From a virus, in the IMG/VR virus record IMGVR_UViG_3300036760_000069, positions 23,118 through 87,117 of that record: a DNA stretch of 64,000 bases; one strand, 5' to 3'. Both the position numbers and the translations under genes were made by a program. This document shows positions 29,022 through 37,822 of the stretch, one piece after another. Numbering within the stretch: the first letter of the stretch is position 1; every line of letters starts with the position of its first letter. The notes below the pieces were generated by a model that ran no database searches, had not been told where the DNA came from, and saw only the letters and a program-made list of their open reading frames with translations.

Positions 29022-29909
29022 TTATATCGCAATAATGCCCGCGCCGATGATTGCCCCGCCCGCGCCGATCCCGGCCCCCATCAACCCACTACTCCGACCA
29101 GACGCGGCCGAACTCAGCCCCGCATTGGTGTTATACATACCCATATTGAATTGGTCCTGCTGCCAGCGATCCTGTTGCCGCTGTTGAATCGCATTGCCCG
29201 TGATGTTGGCCGCGTTGGCGGTCAAAGCCGCCCCGCCTGTGTACTGTGCCGAGGTCACATTCGCGTTCCGTGCCAGCCGGTTCGTGAGTTCCATCTGGCG
29301 GTTGTTGACAATCGCTTCGGCGCCGGTGATCCGGCCCTCTCGGACGGCGTCCTCGGTACTGGTACGGGCCCGCCTGAACTCCGCCATGGCCCGCGATCCA
29401 CCCGTCGAGTTCTCCCATCCTGGCCCGAACTGTTCGGTCAGCCGGCTGATGAGTTGCTGTTCGCCGCGATCCCAGTCATTCGTGACGGCATCACCCACCG
29501 GGAGTCGGCCTTCCAGCCCCGCGATGGAGCGCGCATTCGCCAGCCGCCCGACCTTGAGAGTGTCTTGCACATCCTGCGGGAGTTCGGCTTCAGGAATGTC
29601 CTCAAAGGTGATGGCGCCGGTTGTGGGGTCCACCACTTTACGAATCCCTTGGTTCGCATAGTAACGTCCAGCGAACGCTTCCTGTTCTTTGCCCTGCGTA
29701 GCGGCTAGCTCATTCGACCGGCGCGCCTCGATCAGTTGCTCATGCTGAAGATCCAGCTCGTCCTGCGTCTTGGGGGTTGGTTGCGGTGTCGGTGGCGGAT
29801 CATCCCCTCCCCCGGCGCCGCACAGGATCGGCCACCAGCGGCCCGTGGACACCTCGACAAACCCGTCCAATCCGCGCCGGGTGGTCTGAATGAACGTAAT
29901 GAGCGGCAT
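29022..29909 (-). CDS. putative DNA pilot/ejection protein (block B)
   Basis: GGGDDPPP start, Q/N-rich helices, Gly/Ala hydrophobic C-terminus. Confidence 0.6.
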   Translation of the reverse strand: MPLITFIQTTRRGLDGFVEVSTGRWWPILCGAGGGDDPPPTPQPTPKTQDELDLQHEQLIEARRSNELAATQGKEQEAFAGRYYANQGIRKVVDPTTGAITFEDIPEAELPQDVQDTLKVGRLANARSIAGLEGRLPVGDAVTNDWDRGEQQLISRLTEQFGPGWENSTGGSRAMAEFRRARTSTEDAVREGRITGAEAIVNNRQMELTNRLARNANVTSAQYTGGAALTANAANITGNAIQQRQQDRWQQDQFNMGMYNTNAGLSSAASGRSSGLMGAGIGAGGAIIGAGIIAI

Positions 29910-30343
29910 CAGCGTCCCCCCCCACGAATCCGATCCACCATCTCCGCCAACGTCGGACAGACGGCCGGCGGGGCCTTGGTGATCGCCTTCATAAAAAACT
30001 GCTCCGTCTTGTTCTCACCGTACTGATGCGCTCCCAGTGCCGGATAGATGCGGAGCATCCGGTGGTTCGTCTTGTCGGTACTCGCCATCCAGCCGATCTT
30101 GCCTGACTTCCAGATTTCCCATTCCATCCTCCACCAGTCCTCGACCAGTGCCCGCATCTGGCTCATCCGGTTCCGGAGCGGCGGCATCTCCCGGATAACG
30201 TACCAACTCCGCAGGCCATCCAGCCGTTCATGCACCGAAAACACCCTCCGGCGGTCACGGTGGATGACGCTTTTAGAGCTTCTCGATAAAGCCGGTACGG
30301 GTAGCATGAGCGCGCCATCCCATCGGAACCGTCTCGCCGCCAA
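29909..30343 (-). CDS. putative GNAT-fold protein (start uncertain)
   Basis: STDKTNHRMLRIYPALGA resembles a GNAT motif; position like T7 gp13. Confidence 0.45.
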   Translation of the reverse strand: MAARRFRWDGALMLPVPALSRSSKSVIHRDRRRVFSVHERLDGLRSWYVIREMPPLRNRMSQMRALVEDWWRMEWEIWKSGKIGWMASTDKTNHRMLRIYPALGAHQYGENKTEQFFMKAITKAPPAVCPTLAEMVDRIRGGGR

Positions 30344-31076
30344 ACTCCACGATGACCCCCTTGGGCATCAGGGCCCGACGGGCCGCATCCTGGTCGAGTA
30401 TATACCCGGCAGCCGTGATTAACTCACCAGCAGCGGGTATTTTCTGGTGTGCGTCCATGATGTCCTCCGGTCGCACCTTTCCCACCAGATCGACTTGGCT
30501 CCAGCGGTACAGGTAGGTCGCCCAGCGTGACGGATGAAGATGCTGGGCCATGTTGTTGTTCCAGGCCGTCTGCAAGATGCCATCCACGCCGGCCCACTGG
30601 CAGGCCAGCACATCCAGCGCATCCTCCGTACGGATCTCACAGTCCGCGCAGTGCAGGGCGTTCATCGCCACGGTCTGCTTGATGAGCGGCAAGCGGTACA
30701 GAAAGGGGGTCGTCCGTAGATGCGGGAGCGGCAGGAGCGTGAAGGCCGTCGCCTCACCGAGCCCATCCTTGGAGGGCAACGTCACCCGGTTCCCCTCACC
30801 ATCAAGCATCATGCGCCACGCCTTCAGTGGGCGGTTGCATTTCCAGCAACCAACATGGGCGAGGATATGCCCGTCGTAGCGGTGGTGATCGGCCGGATAC
30901 CAGGGCTTGCCGTCGGCATCATCCTGCGCCTGCGCCTGCTTCGAGATCGTCCGCGGCAGAGCGCGCCAGCGTTCCCGCTTGCGGGTTTCGGTGACCATCG
31001 GCAGACCCGTCAAAGAGTCCACCTCCGACCCGCTCAGGCCGCCGCCACTAGGCACCTTTCTCAACTCCTCGCTCAT
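30273..31076 (-). CDS. hypothetical protein with CxxC pairs and a C-terminal tail-collar-like motif
   Basis: CWKC, CADC; MPKGVIVEFGGETVPMGW. Confidence 0.6.
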   Translation of the reverse strand: MSEELRKVPSGGGLSGSEVDSLTGLPMVTETRKRERWRALPRTISKQAQAQDDADGKPWYPADHHRYDGHILAHVGCWKCNRPLKAWRMMLDGEGNRVTLPSKDGLGEATAFTLLPLPHLRTTPFLYRLPLIKQTVAMNALHCADCEIRTEDALDVLACQWAGVDGILQTAWNNNMAQHLHPSRWATYLYRWSQVDLVGKVRPEDIMDAHQKIPAAGELITAAGYILDQDAARRALMPKGVIVEFGGETVPMGWRAHATRTGFIEKL

Positions 31077-31088
31077 GCCGCTCTCCCG

Positions 31089-31117
31089 TTGACGGTCAGA
31101 AATTTGCATAGTATAAT
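31089..31117 (+). promoter_or_regulatory. near-consensus sigma70 promoter of the HNH gene
   Basis: TTGACG-17 nt-TATAAT, 6 nt before the ATG at 31124. Confidence 0.85.
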
Positions 31118-31123
31118 AAAATT

Positions 31124-31660
31124 ATGGTAAAAATCTGTACAAAATGTAAACGAAAACTCACACTGAAGTCGTTTAATAAATCCTCCGGCAAACGCTTTGG
31201 CCGGCATAATCTTTGTAGAGTCTGTCATCGTATTGATTCTCAAAGGCGGTATATTCCACGCCCACGAATTAAGAAAACGCACTGCAAGCAGTGCGCTGTT
31301 CGCCTTACAAACGAGAACTGGGCTCCGTCTTGCAGGGATAGCCGTAGCTATTCGTGTAGAACGTGCCATAACGCGATGTGCAGGCAACGCAACCTTCGCA
31401 TGAGACTTGAGGTGTTGAGCGCTTACGGAGCTATATGCGTCTGTTGTGGAGAGACTCGGCAACAGTTCCTTGGGTTTGATCATATCAATGGGGGTGGTAC
31501 TCAGCACCGCAGAGAAGTTGGAGATGGCGACCAATTCTATAGGTGGTTGAGGCGTGAAGATTACCCTCTTGGCATTGTTCAGGTGATGTGCCACAACTGT
31601 AACATGGCAAAAGGCTTCTATGGCCAGTGCCCGCACGTTCTTGAACAGAAAACACATTAA
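31124..31660 (+). CDS. HNH/EndoVII-like zinc-finger endonuclease
   Basis: Multiple CxxC; CVCCGE...FDHINGGG...MCHNCNMAK; low GC. Confidence 0.85.
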   Translation: MVKICTKCKRKLTLKSFNKSSGKRFGRHNLCRVCHRIDSQRRYIPRPRIKKTHCKQCAVRLTNENWAPSCRDSRSYSCRTCHNAMCRQRNLRMRLEVLSAYGAICVCCGETRQQFLGFDHINGGGTQHRREVGDGDQFYRWLRREDYPLGIVQVMCHNCNMAKGFYGQCPHVLEQKTH

Positions 31661-33240
31661 GCAGCCCTTCCTGGAGTATATCGTATAGCCGTGTCCATCA
31701 CCGCGAAATTCTGCCCCGCTCCGCTGTTATACCCAATCAGTTTAGTGAAGATCGCCTCGCCAGTCAATTCATGTTTCACGGTCGAGACGGTCTTGCCGGC
31801 CATCACATCAGCGTCCAGCGACATCGACCCGACCGCCCCACCAGGGGTATTCATCGAATAGGCCAGCGTCTGACTCAGCACGCCATCCCGATGTACCTCC
31901 ATCGTCAGATCCCAATTCCCTTGCGGGTCCATGGTGAGCTGCAACTCATGCAGGTTCGAGAACTGCCCGACCCCACTGGGCGCGACCGGCGGACACTCGT
32001 ACTGTCCGTTGTACCCCGCCCCATTCTTGCTCCGTGTAGCCTGATCCATGTCGTAGAGATTCCCCGAGCTGTCGCCGAAGCAGGGTTTGAGGATCGCCGT
32101 GGTGGTCGCCCGACGCATCCCCAGCGCAGGGCAGGTGTCCCGGCTCGACCAGAAGAACTTCGGCGCGCCTGGCATGTGCAGGTCGAGGATGATCCGCGCA
32201 TCGCAGACGGTGCTGGTGCCGGACGGCACGGCGAAGTGCAATTGCCGTTTGGATCCATACCAGCGTCCACGGACAAGATCCAGCCGGCTCAGGTTCAGCT
32301 TTTCCTTGATGAACTGCGCGGTCTCCATCGGGAGGAAGGGTGGCACCGAGACCTGCCCCTGCGTCTGAATCTGCGAGAGCGAATAGAGAAAGCCGTCCGT
32401 GGCGAGCATGACAATATCGTCCTCGATCACCACCGCACTCTCGGGGCTGGCCACCCCGATGGCCTCGGTGATCTTCGGCACGCTCCAGTTGGCGATCGAG
32501 GGGTCCGTATCGTTCAGGACAAAAATGCCACGAGGGAACTTCCACAGGTAGAGGATTTCCCGCCAGGAGGCCCCGGCGACCAACCGTTCCCCTGAACCAG
32601 GATAGACGGGCTGGACAAACGATTCGCCTCCGTTATAATCGTTCTCGGAGCCGGGGACCGTGCCGTAGATGTTATGGGGAAAGTTGGCGTTGCCGAACCC
32701 GATCATGCGTGCCCGGTGTGAGACCGGCGTGGTCGGCCAGTTGGCTACCGTCCAGTCCAGCGGGAGTTGTCCGGGCCCGCCGCCACCCGTCAGTACCGTG
32801 GCCGTGGCCCCACCCGTGTACGACATAGGATTGTCGAGGTTGCTGAAAATGTAGAGCGTCTTAGTGGTGCCGTTCCATCCCTCGGAAAAGGTGATGTAGC
32901 TCCCCGTCGTCAAGCCGGAGATCAGCGTCTTCACAACCGCCCCCGATGCGGGCACGACCACGATGCTGACCGAGATGCCGTTGTCGATGGCGGTAATGTC
33001 CTCCTGCACACCTGCCCCAGAGATGAACTGCCAATGCGCCTTGACCGCCCAGGTGCCAGCCCCGCCCGAGAGAGGCGTGGTGTTGACCAACGCCGCACCG
33101 GGCTCCTTCTCGATGAGGTCACGCTCCACTGTCACAGTGTCGGCATAGGTCAGGTCGGAGGTTGGCATCCTGGTCAAGGCCTTGCTCCGATTGATCCCCC
33201 CGGCACCGCCAGGAATCGTGATGGTTTGCAGATCACGCAT
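31657..33240 (-). CDS. tail nozzle / DNA stabilization protein (block B)
   Basis: Beta-propeller-like composition; SHRARMIGF, IGVASPESAV..EDDIVML.TDG; follows the adaptor. Confidence 0.7.
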   Translation of the reverse strand: MRDLQTITIPGGAGGINRSKALTRMPTSDLTYADTVTVERDLIEKEPGAALVNTTPLSGGAGTWAVKAHWQFISGAGVQEDITAIDNGISVSIVVVPASGAVVKTLISGLTTGSYITFSEGWNGTTKTLYIFSNLDNPMSYTGGATATVLTGGGGPGQLPLDWTVANWPTTPVSHRARMIGFGNANFPHNIYGTVPGSENDYNGGESFVQPVYPGSGERLVAGASWREILYLWKFPRGIFVLNDTDPSIANWSVPKITEAIGVASPESAVVIEDDIVMLATDGFLYSLSQIQTQGQVSVPPFLPMETAQFIKEKLNLSRLDLVRGRWYGSKRQLHFAVPSGTSTVCDARIILDLHMPGAPKFFWSSRDTCPALGMRRATTTAILKPCFGDSSGNLYDMDQATRSKNGAGYNGQYECPPVAPSGVGQFSNLHELQLTMDPQGNWDLTMEVHRDGVLSQTLAYSMNTPGGAVGSMSLDADVMAGKTVSTVKHELTGEAIFTKLIGYNSGAGQNFAVMDTAIRYTPGRAA

Positions 33241-33243
33241 AAA

Positions 33244-34152
33244 TCAGACCCCCAACCCGAATCGCGGACGGAACCAGAGCCGTTGCTTCGAGGTCGGCTT
33301 GAGGTAGGTGTCGACCATCTGGGCAATCTTCTGGTCGGCGCGGATCCACGCCGAGTCCGCAAGGTTGTCGTTCTTCCCCCGCCAGAGATGCCACTTGGCC
33401 CGCTCGGCGATCACCCACCGATCTTGGAGCGGGAGGACCGGCGTATCCGTCCCTGCCACCCCGTCATAGGTCAACGTCTGGAACTTTGTAAACTCGTATT
33501 CCATATTGACCTGCAACTCCGTCCAGGGGGCAATCTGGATCTGGATAGACTTCGCCGCCCCGCCGCCTGGATCGTAGTCGCGGATGATCGTTGCCACTTC
33601 CGTCAGACCTACGGCCGCGACCCGTGCCCAACCGTACTTGGCCTTAAACTCGTTTTCGTTGATGAGCGCGACTTCCCCCTCATACTGCCCGCGCAGATAG
33701 AGCGGCCCCCAGACCTTCATGGCCGACGAGTCCAGCGCGTATTCGTCCTGATAGATGACCCCCGCCCCGGATGCCTGTGTCTCTACATAGGTCGCGTCCA
33801 GCGTCAGCACCGCCGTCCCCGCTGTGTGCGCGCTGATGCGGTACATGGCCTGGTTCGCCGTGACGTAGAACTTTCTCCCGGCCTGCGAGGTCGCAATCAC
33901 GGCCGACAGCGTGACCGTCGTTCCGACAATGCTGGAGACGGTGACATTCTGGCTGGCAACCGTCGTCACCACCTTGGGGGGGTGCCCCAGCGCGAACCGC
34001 CACTTGTTCAGGCACAGGATCTCCCAGTAGTTGAGATTGAGGGCCGCTTTGGCGCGGGTCGCATAATCGTCTGAGGTGGACGTACTCTGTCCCACATCCT
34101 TCATCAGGTACTGAAAGAGGTCAAGCCCGGTGGCGAGGTCGTCGAGGGCCAT
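33244..34152 (-). CDS. head-tail adaptor (block B)
   Basis: ALNLNYWEIL..KWRF, EYAL, IQIAPW, DTPVLP pattern with a beta-rich insert. Confidence 0.7.
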   Translation of the reverse strand: MALDDLATGLDLFQYLMKDVGQSTSTSDDYATRAKAALNLNYWEILCLNKWRFALGHPPKVVTTVASQNVTVSSIVGTTVTLSAVIATSQAGRKFYVTANQAMYRISAHTAGTAVLTLDATYVETQASGAGVIYQDEYALDSSAMKVWGPLYLRGQYEGEVALINENEFKAKYGWARVAAVGLTEVATIIRDYDPGGGAAKSIQIQIAPWTELQVNMEYEFTKFQTLTYDGVAGTDTPVLPLQDRWVIAERAKWHLWRGKNDNLADSAWIRADQKIAQMVDTYLKPTSKQRLWFRPRFGLGV

Positions 34153-34475
34153 CAGTCAAGCTGCAGCCCCTTCTCGGCCTTATCAGCCGTGCGGCTTTCC
34201 TTGGCCTCCTCCAGATCCCCCTCGATGCCGTGATCGCACTCGCAGGAGTTGACCTCCATGGAGATATTCGCCGGCCCGTACTGGTCGCTGGCGCGCACGC
34301 TCTTGATCCGCCCCGTCAGCGTCACCGTGACCTTCTTGCCGACGTGGATGGCGGGCAATGTCGTGCCGTCCGGGAAGTCAATGTTCGCGCTCGGTTTAGA
34401 CTTCATCGGCATCGAGGCCATCGCCCCGCCGCCGCTCCGATGCTCCACGATCACCCGACGAGTTTTTTCTGCCAT
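34152..34475 (-). CDS. staple-like small virion protein (block B)
   Basis: LPAIHVGKKVTVTLTGRIKSVRAS...ISMEV resembles 50524-50895. Confidence 0.5.
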   Translation of the reverse strand: MAEKTRRVIVEHRSGGGAMASMPMKSKPSANIDFPDGTTLPAIHVGKKVTVTLTGRIKSVRASDQYGPANISMEVNSCECDHGIEGDLEEAKESRTADKAEKGLQLD

Positions 34476-34789
34476 GCTGGCGACTCCTCTTTATGAGACG
34501 GCTCCATGCCGCAGTAGACACGATCTCCCGTTAAGGTAAAACAAGCCGCCTTCATCCACTTGATGAGATAGAGCTGGTCGGCCTTCCGAATGACCAGGCA
34601 CCGCTCCGTGCCGCACGGAATCTCGATCGGGGCCATCTCGTACTCAGGGAACGCGGGGAGCAAGGCCGGGTCCAGCTTCGACACGGCGTTCTGGGGCGCG
34701 CACCCGCAGATCACCCCCAGCATCGCCGCTCTCAGCCATCCACTTGCCTGCCTCCGCCACCCGCCGGAGTCCTGCGTTTTCCAGTTCAC
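34451..34789 (-). CDS. putative o-spanin lipoprotein (cassette B)
   Basis: AMLGVICG-C lipobox-like, Pro-rich, overlaps the 3' half of the upstream TM gene. Confidence 0.55.
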   Translation of the reverse strand: MNWKTQDSGGWRRQASGWLRAAMLGVICGCAPQNAVSKLDPALLPAFPEYEMAPIEIPCGTERCLVIRKADQLYLIKWMKAACFTLTGDRVYCGMEPSHKEESPAWQKKLVG

Positions 34790-34895
34790 GCTCGACCAGC
34801 TCCTTAAAGTCCGCCCGTCCCTGATAATACTGCACCGTGGCGACCGCCAGCCGGATCAGGAGGGCTTGTACGGCCGCCCACGCTGCCGCCCCCAC
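34644..34895 (-). CDS. putative i-spanin (cassette B)
   Basis: N-terminal hydrophobic helix then coiled coil; follows the holin. Confidence 0.5.
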   Translation of the reverse strand: MGAAAWAAVQALLIRLAVATVQYYQGRADFKELVERELENAGLRRVAEAGKWMAESGDAGGDLRVRAPERRVEAGPGLAPRVP

Positions 34896-35108
34896 TTAGC
34901 CGACCTTGGTGGCCTCGCCCGGCTTCTGCGCGTTGCTCACGTTGCCGTCCTTGGCCGCGATCAGCCCAAAAGCAATGGCGAGAGCGCATAGCGAGTGGAG
35001 CAGAACATTGTACTTCTCCGGCAACACGCCCGAGAGTTCGGTGCCGGAACAGACCAGCACGACTACCCCGGCGAGGGTCGTCCAGATGTTGGTAAAGATC
35101 GTTTTCAT
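34896..35108 (-). CDS. holin-like two-TM protein (cassette B)
   Basis: WTTLAG...GLIAAKDGNV motif; AAGGAG SD. Confidence 0.65.
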   Translation of the reverse strand: MKTIFTNIWTTLAGVVVLVCSGTELSGVLPEKYNVLLHSLCALAIAFGLIAAKDGNVSNAQKPGEATKVG

Positions 35109-35129
35109 AATGTTCTCCTTGGGTTATTT

Positions 35130-35484
35130 GGGAATTATCCCTTTAACTCCCTTACTCAAGAATTGCGCCAAGATTCTCGATCTTTAGGCTGTGCGTGCTG
35201 ATACGCAATGGATCGGGAACACCATTCGGCGCGTATTGGCTACCGGACGCCTCAACCCTCACGATTTGGTTGTCAGGATAGACAGCCAATGTCGCCGCGA
35301 TGGTCGCCGCAGCGTTGTTCTTGGCAAGTTGTTCAGGATTTTCCATGTTCATCCGATCAATATTCGCTAAATCAGCCGCCAGTTTCACCGCTACTGCCTT
35401 GGGCTTTCCTAATGCGCTTACACTCCAACTCATTTTGTACCTCCTGGTTGCCCCTCGCTTGAGGGAGTTAACGATATAATTCCC
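35130..35484. repeat. 23-bp imperfect inverted repeats (35130-35152 and 35462-35484) enclosing one gene
   Basis: GGGAATTATCCCTTTAACTCCCT and AGGGAGTTAACGATATAATTCCC, 20/23 complementary. Confidence 0.85.
35152..35433 (-). CDS. hypothetical moron-like protein (93 aa)
   Basis: CAGGAGGT SD; lower GC. Confidence 0.8.
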   Translation of the reverse strand: MSWSVSALGKPKAVAVKLAADLANIDRMNMENPEQLAKNNAAATIAATLAVYPDNQIVRVEASGSQYAPNGVPDPLRISTHSLKIENLGAILE

Positions 35485-35486
35485 GG

Positions 35487-35756
35487 TTATTTCCGTTGCC
35501 GCAATTTCTCGATGCCCCGTGGCTCCTTTGTCCAGAGATCCTTCGCCTTCTCTGGGTTGGCATGAACGTAGGTGAGCGCGTCCATGCTGTCAATCATCTC
35601 CTCATGCTGAACATAGCTGAAATACGTCATCGCGGCCAACAAGAGCATGACCATCAGCATCATCATGCCGCGCATCCCGCGAGCTTCCATCTGGAGCTTA
35701 CCGAACTTGACCCCAAAACTCTGCCCGCCATGAATGTCGACCGTCTTCTCAGCCAA
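35487..35756 (-). CDS. single-TM membrane protein
   Basis: GGAGGT SD with TTG start; hydrophobic segment. Confidence 0.6.
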   Translation of the reverse strand: MAEKTVDIHGGQSFGVKFGKLQMEARGMRGMMMLMVMLLLAAMTYFSYVQHEEMIDSMDALTYVHANPEKAKDLWTKEPRGIEKLRQRK

Positions 35757-35758
35757 AG

Positions 35759-36244
35759 TTAGACCTCCACGACCTTGATGTTGGACAATGTGGCGCATTC
35801 CAAATGGCACTTGGGGAGACCGCCCTCCTCCCACAGCACCACGACGATCACCCCTTCACGTTGATAACTCTCGATCGCCTCTCGCACCTGCGCGTTGACG
35901 GATGATGGTTGGAGATCCACGCAGGGGCACGGCAGTAAAAGATGGTGCGAAATAGCCCTCGCCAACTCAGGGTTCAGCGTCATCGCCTGAAACAACTCCT
36001 CGCCGATCCGCTCCACCGTCACCCATTCCGGGTGGGCGTCAACCAGCGCCTGCAACGCCTGTCCATGCCGGTAGGTCTTGCCGATAAAGTTGCGCCGTTG
36101 CACCACATTGACCGCCATGGCTCGCGCCTGCCCCGCCACGCTCCGGTGCCCACTGGTCGGCACCGCTCCCAGGCGTACCAAGTCGGCACAAACCGATTCG
36201 GCGTCGGTGGTAAGACTCATTTCGTCGCCGTCTTGCGTGAGCAT
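35759..36244 (-). CDS. putative M15-like Zn peptidase endolysin (cassette B)
   Basis: TSGHRS..QA, SHH...CVDL, C-terminal CHLE pattern; next to holin/spanin genes. Confidence 0.55.
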   Translation of the reverse strand: MLTQDGDEMSLTTDAESVCADLVRLGAVPTSGHRSVAGQARAMAVNVVQRRNFIGKTYRHGQALQALVDAHPEWVTVERIGEELFQAMTLNPELARAISHHLLLPCPCVDLQPSSVNAQVREAIESYQREGVIVVVLWEEGGLPKCHLECATLSNIKVVEV

Positions 36245-36266
36245 GGGGTCACCCTGCCAACAGCAT

Positions 36267-37781
36267 TTAGTCGTCCCTCCCGCGCCGATCAATCCAGCCG
36301 GTTGTAGCAATCACCAAGGCATCGGAGCCTGCACTCGCACTAAATCGAGACCGAATAGACGCACTGGTGTCTGTCCATATCCCCAGTTGTGCGAACGGGC
36401 CTCCCGTGAGATTCCCCCCGTATCCCATATTCCCTAATGGAGCCACCGTGAGACTGGCGGCGGCATCCGTAATAGCCAAATCCGACAAGAGGCAGTTAAG
36501 TCCTGCCGTCGTGACACTTTTGGCTTGGGCATTCATCACGGCCTTGACGCGCACACCTGTGGGCACCGTCAAGACTCGCGTGACCGCCGCCGTCCCTGGG
36601 TTCGTCACATTCACGTCAAGGATGGCTACGTCCCAGGTAAAGTCGTCGCTCACCTGCGAGAACTTCACCCACTGGGCCGAGCCGTTGGTCAGCCCCGAGC
36701 CGATCCGACGCTTGTAATCGTAGTTGGCGGGCATCGTCGGCGCGGTCGCACTCAACGAGATCAGCACGTCAGTCACGCCTGTATTGCTGCGCAGAATGGC
36801 CCAGAAGTGATACCAGGTCGAGTTCGCAATCGCGCCGGTGTCGAGGCCCCCCGCTGCCGTGCCGACAGACCACGCCGAGGTCGTTTTCGCAATCGCGGCG
36901 ACCGTGATATTCTTGGCGTTCGTGCTGTCCAGACAGGTTCCAGCGGCAATGGACATGGTGGCAGAACTGCCCGCCGTCGACATGCCCAACCCGGCGAGAT
37001 AGGAGCGCGGCAGCGACACAATGTCCGACACCAGCGTCTTCTTCTTTTTGTTTGAGTCTGAGACATCGGCGATGGCGACATAATCACCTGATGCCGCTAT
37101 TACCGTCGTCAGATCGTTGACCACCGAATCATTCAGCATCGCGCCGGTAATGGCCCCCGCCACGACGCCCACCGCGTTCTCGCTCGTCCCCAATGCCCCC
37201 AACGTCGCCCGCGCCGCCGCCGCCGTGGTGTCGTCCAGCACCGTCGTCATAAACGCCGTCACGGGCGGGCTGGTCAGGCCCCCGCTACTGGCAATCGGAT
37301 TGCCGGAGGCGTCGAACGCCAGGAACTTGCTCGCCCGATCCGTCGCCGACGGCAGGGTCGTCTTCGCCGCTGTCCCCACCTCCGTCTCCGGCAGATGCAA
37401 CGAGCGGTTCACCATATCCTCGATCTGCTGGACCATCCGCACGCTCTGATCGAACGTGTCCTCGATCGTCTCCAGGTTGAACGCGCCCTGGTTGCGAAGG
37501 TCCGCGCTCTGCTGCGTGGTGCGCTTGAAGCGCAGCGTCAACAGGTAGTTCAACGTGAGATTGCCCGCGACCAGGGTAATGGTCCCGCCGTTCGGGTTGT
37601 TGATGTCCGCCGCCGGGATTGTAAAGTCCGTGGTGTAGACGAGCGTCGTCTCCACGCCAGCCGTATCGGCCTTCGTGACCAGCAGGTCCGTTGCGGCAAA
37701 GATTTTAAAGCCAAAGGCATAGGCCGCCAGGGCGCCCGTGCCGATGTAGTCGTTGCGGGGAGGGGTCGTGGAGAAGGACAT
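36267..37781 (-). CDS. tail fibre with T7-gp17-like N-terminal anchor
   Basis: YIGTGA..YAFGFKIF..TDLLV...IEDTFD...QQ; C-terminal PANYDYKRRIG module. Confidence 0.85.
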   Translation of the reverse strand: MSFSTTPPRNDYIGTGALAAYAFGFKIFAATDLLVTKADTAGVETTLVYTTDFTIPAADINNPNGGTITLVAGNLTLNYLLTLRFKRTTQQSADLRNQGAFNLETIEDTFDQSVRMVQQIEDMVNRSLHLPETEVGTAAKTTLPSATDRASKFLAFDASGNPIASSGGLTSPPVTAFMTTVLDDTTAAAARATLGALGTSENAVGVVAGAITGAMLNDSVVNDLTTVIAASGDYVAIADVSDSNKKKKTLVSDIVSLPRSYLAGLGMSTAGSSATMSIAAGTCLDSTNAKNITVAAIAKTTSAWSVGTAAGGLDTGAIANSTWYHFWAILRSNTGVTDVLISLSATAPTMPANYDYKRRIGSGLTNGSAQWVKFSQVSDDFTWDVAILDVNVTNPGTAAVTRVLTVPTGVRVKAVMNAQAKSVTTAGLNCLLSDLAITDAAASLTVAPLGNMGYGGNLTGGPFAQLGIWTDTSASIRSRFSASAGSDALVIATTGWIDRRGRDD

Positions 37782-37822
37782 GGGTTACCTCTCGTCTTTC
37801 GGTCGTTTGTAGAGCATTTCTT

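Noticed and set aside
36267-37781. Diversity-generating retroelement as in BPP-1
   Set aside because: No reverse transcriptase ORF and no adenine-specific TR/VR repeat pair seen
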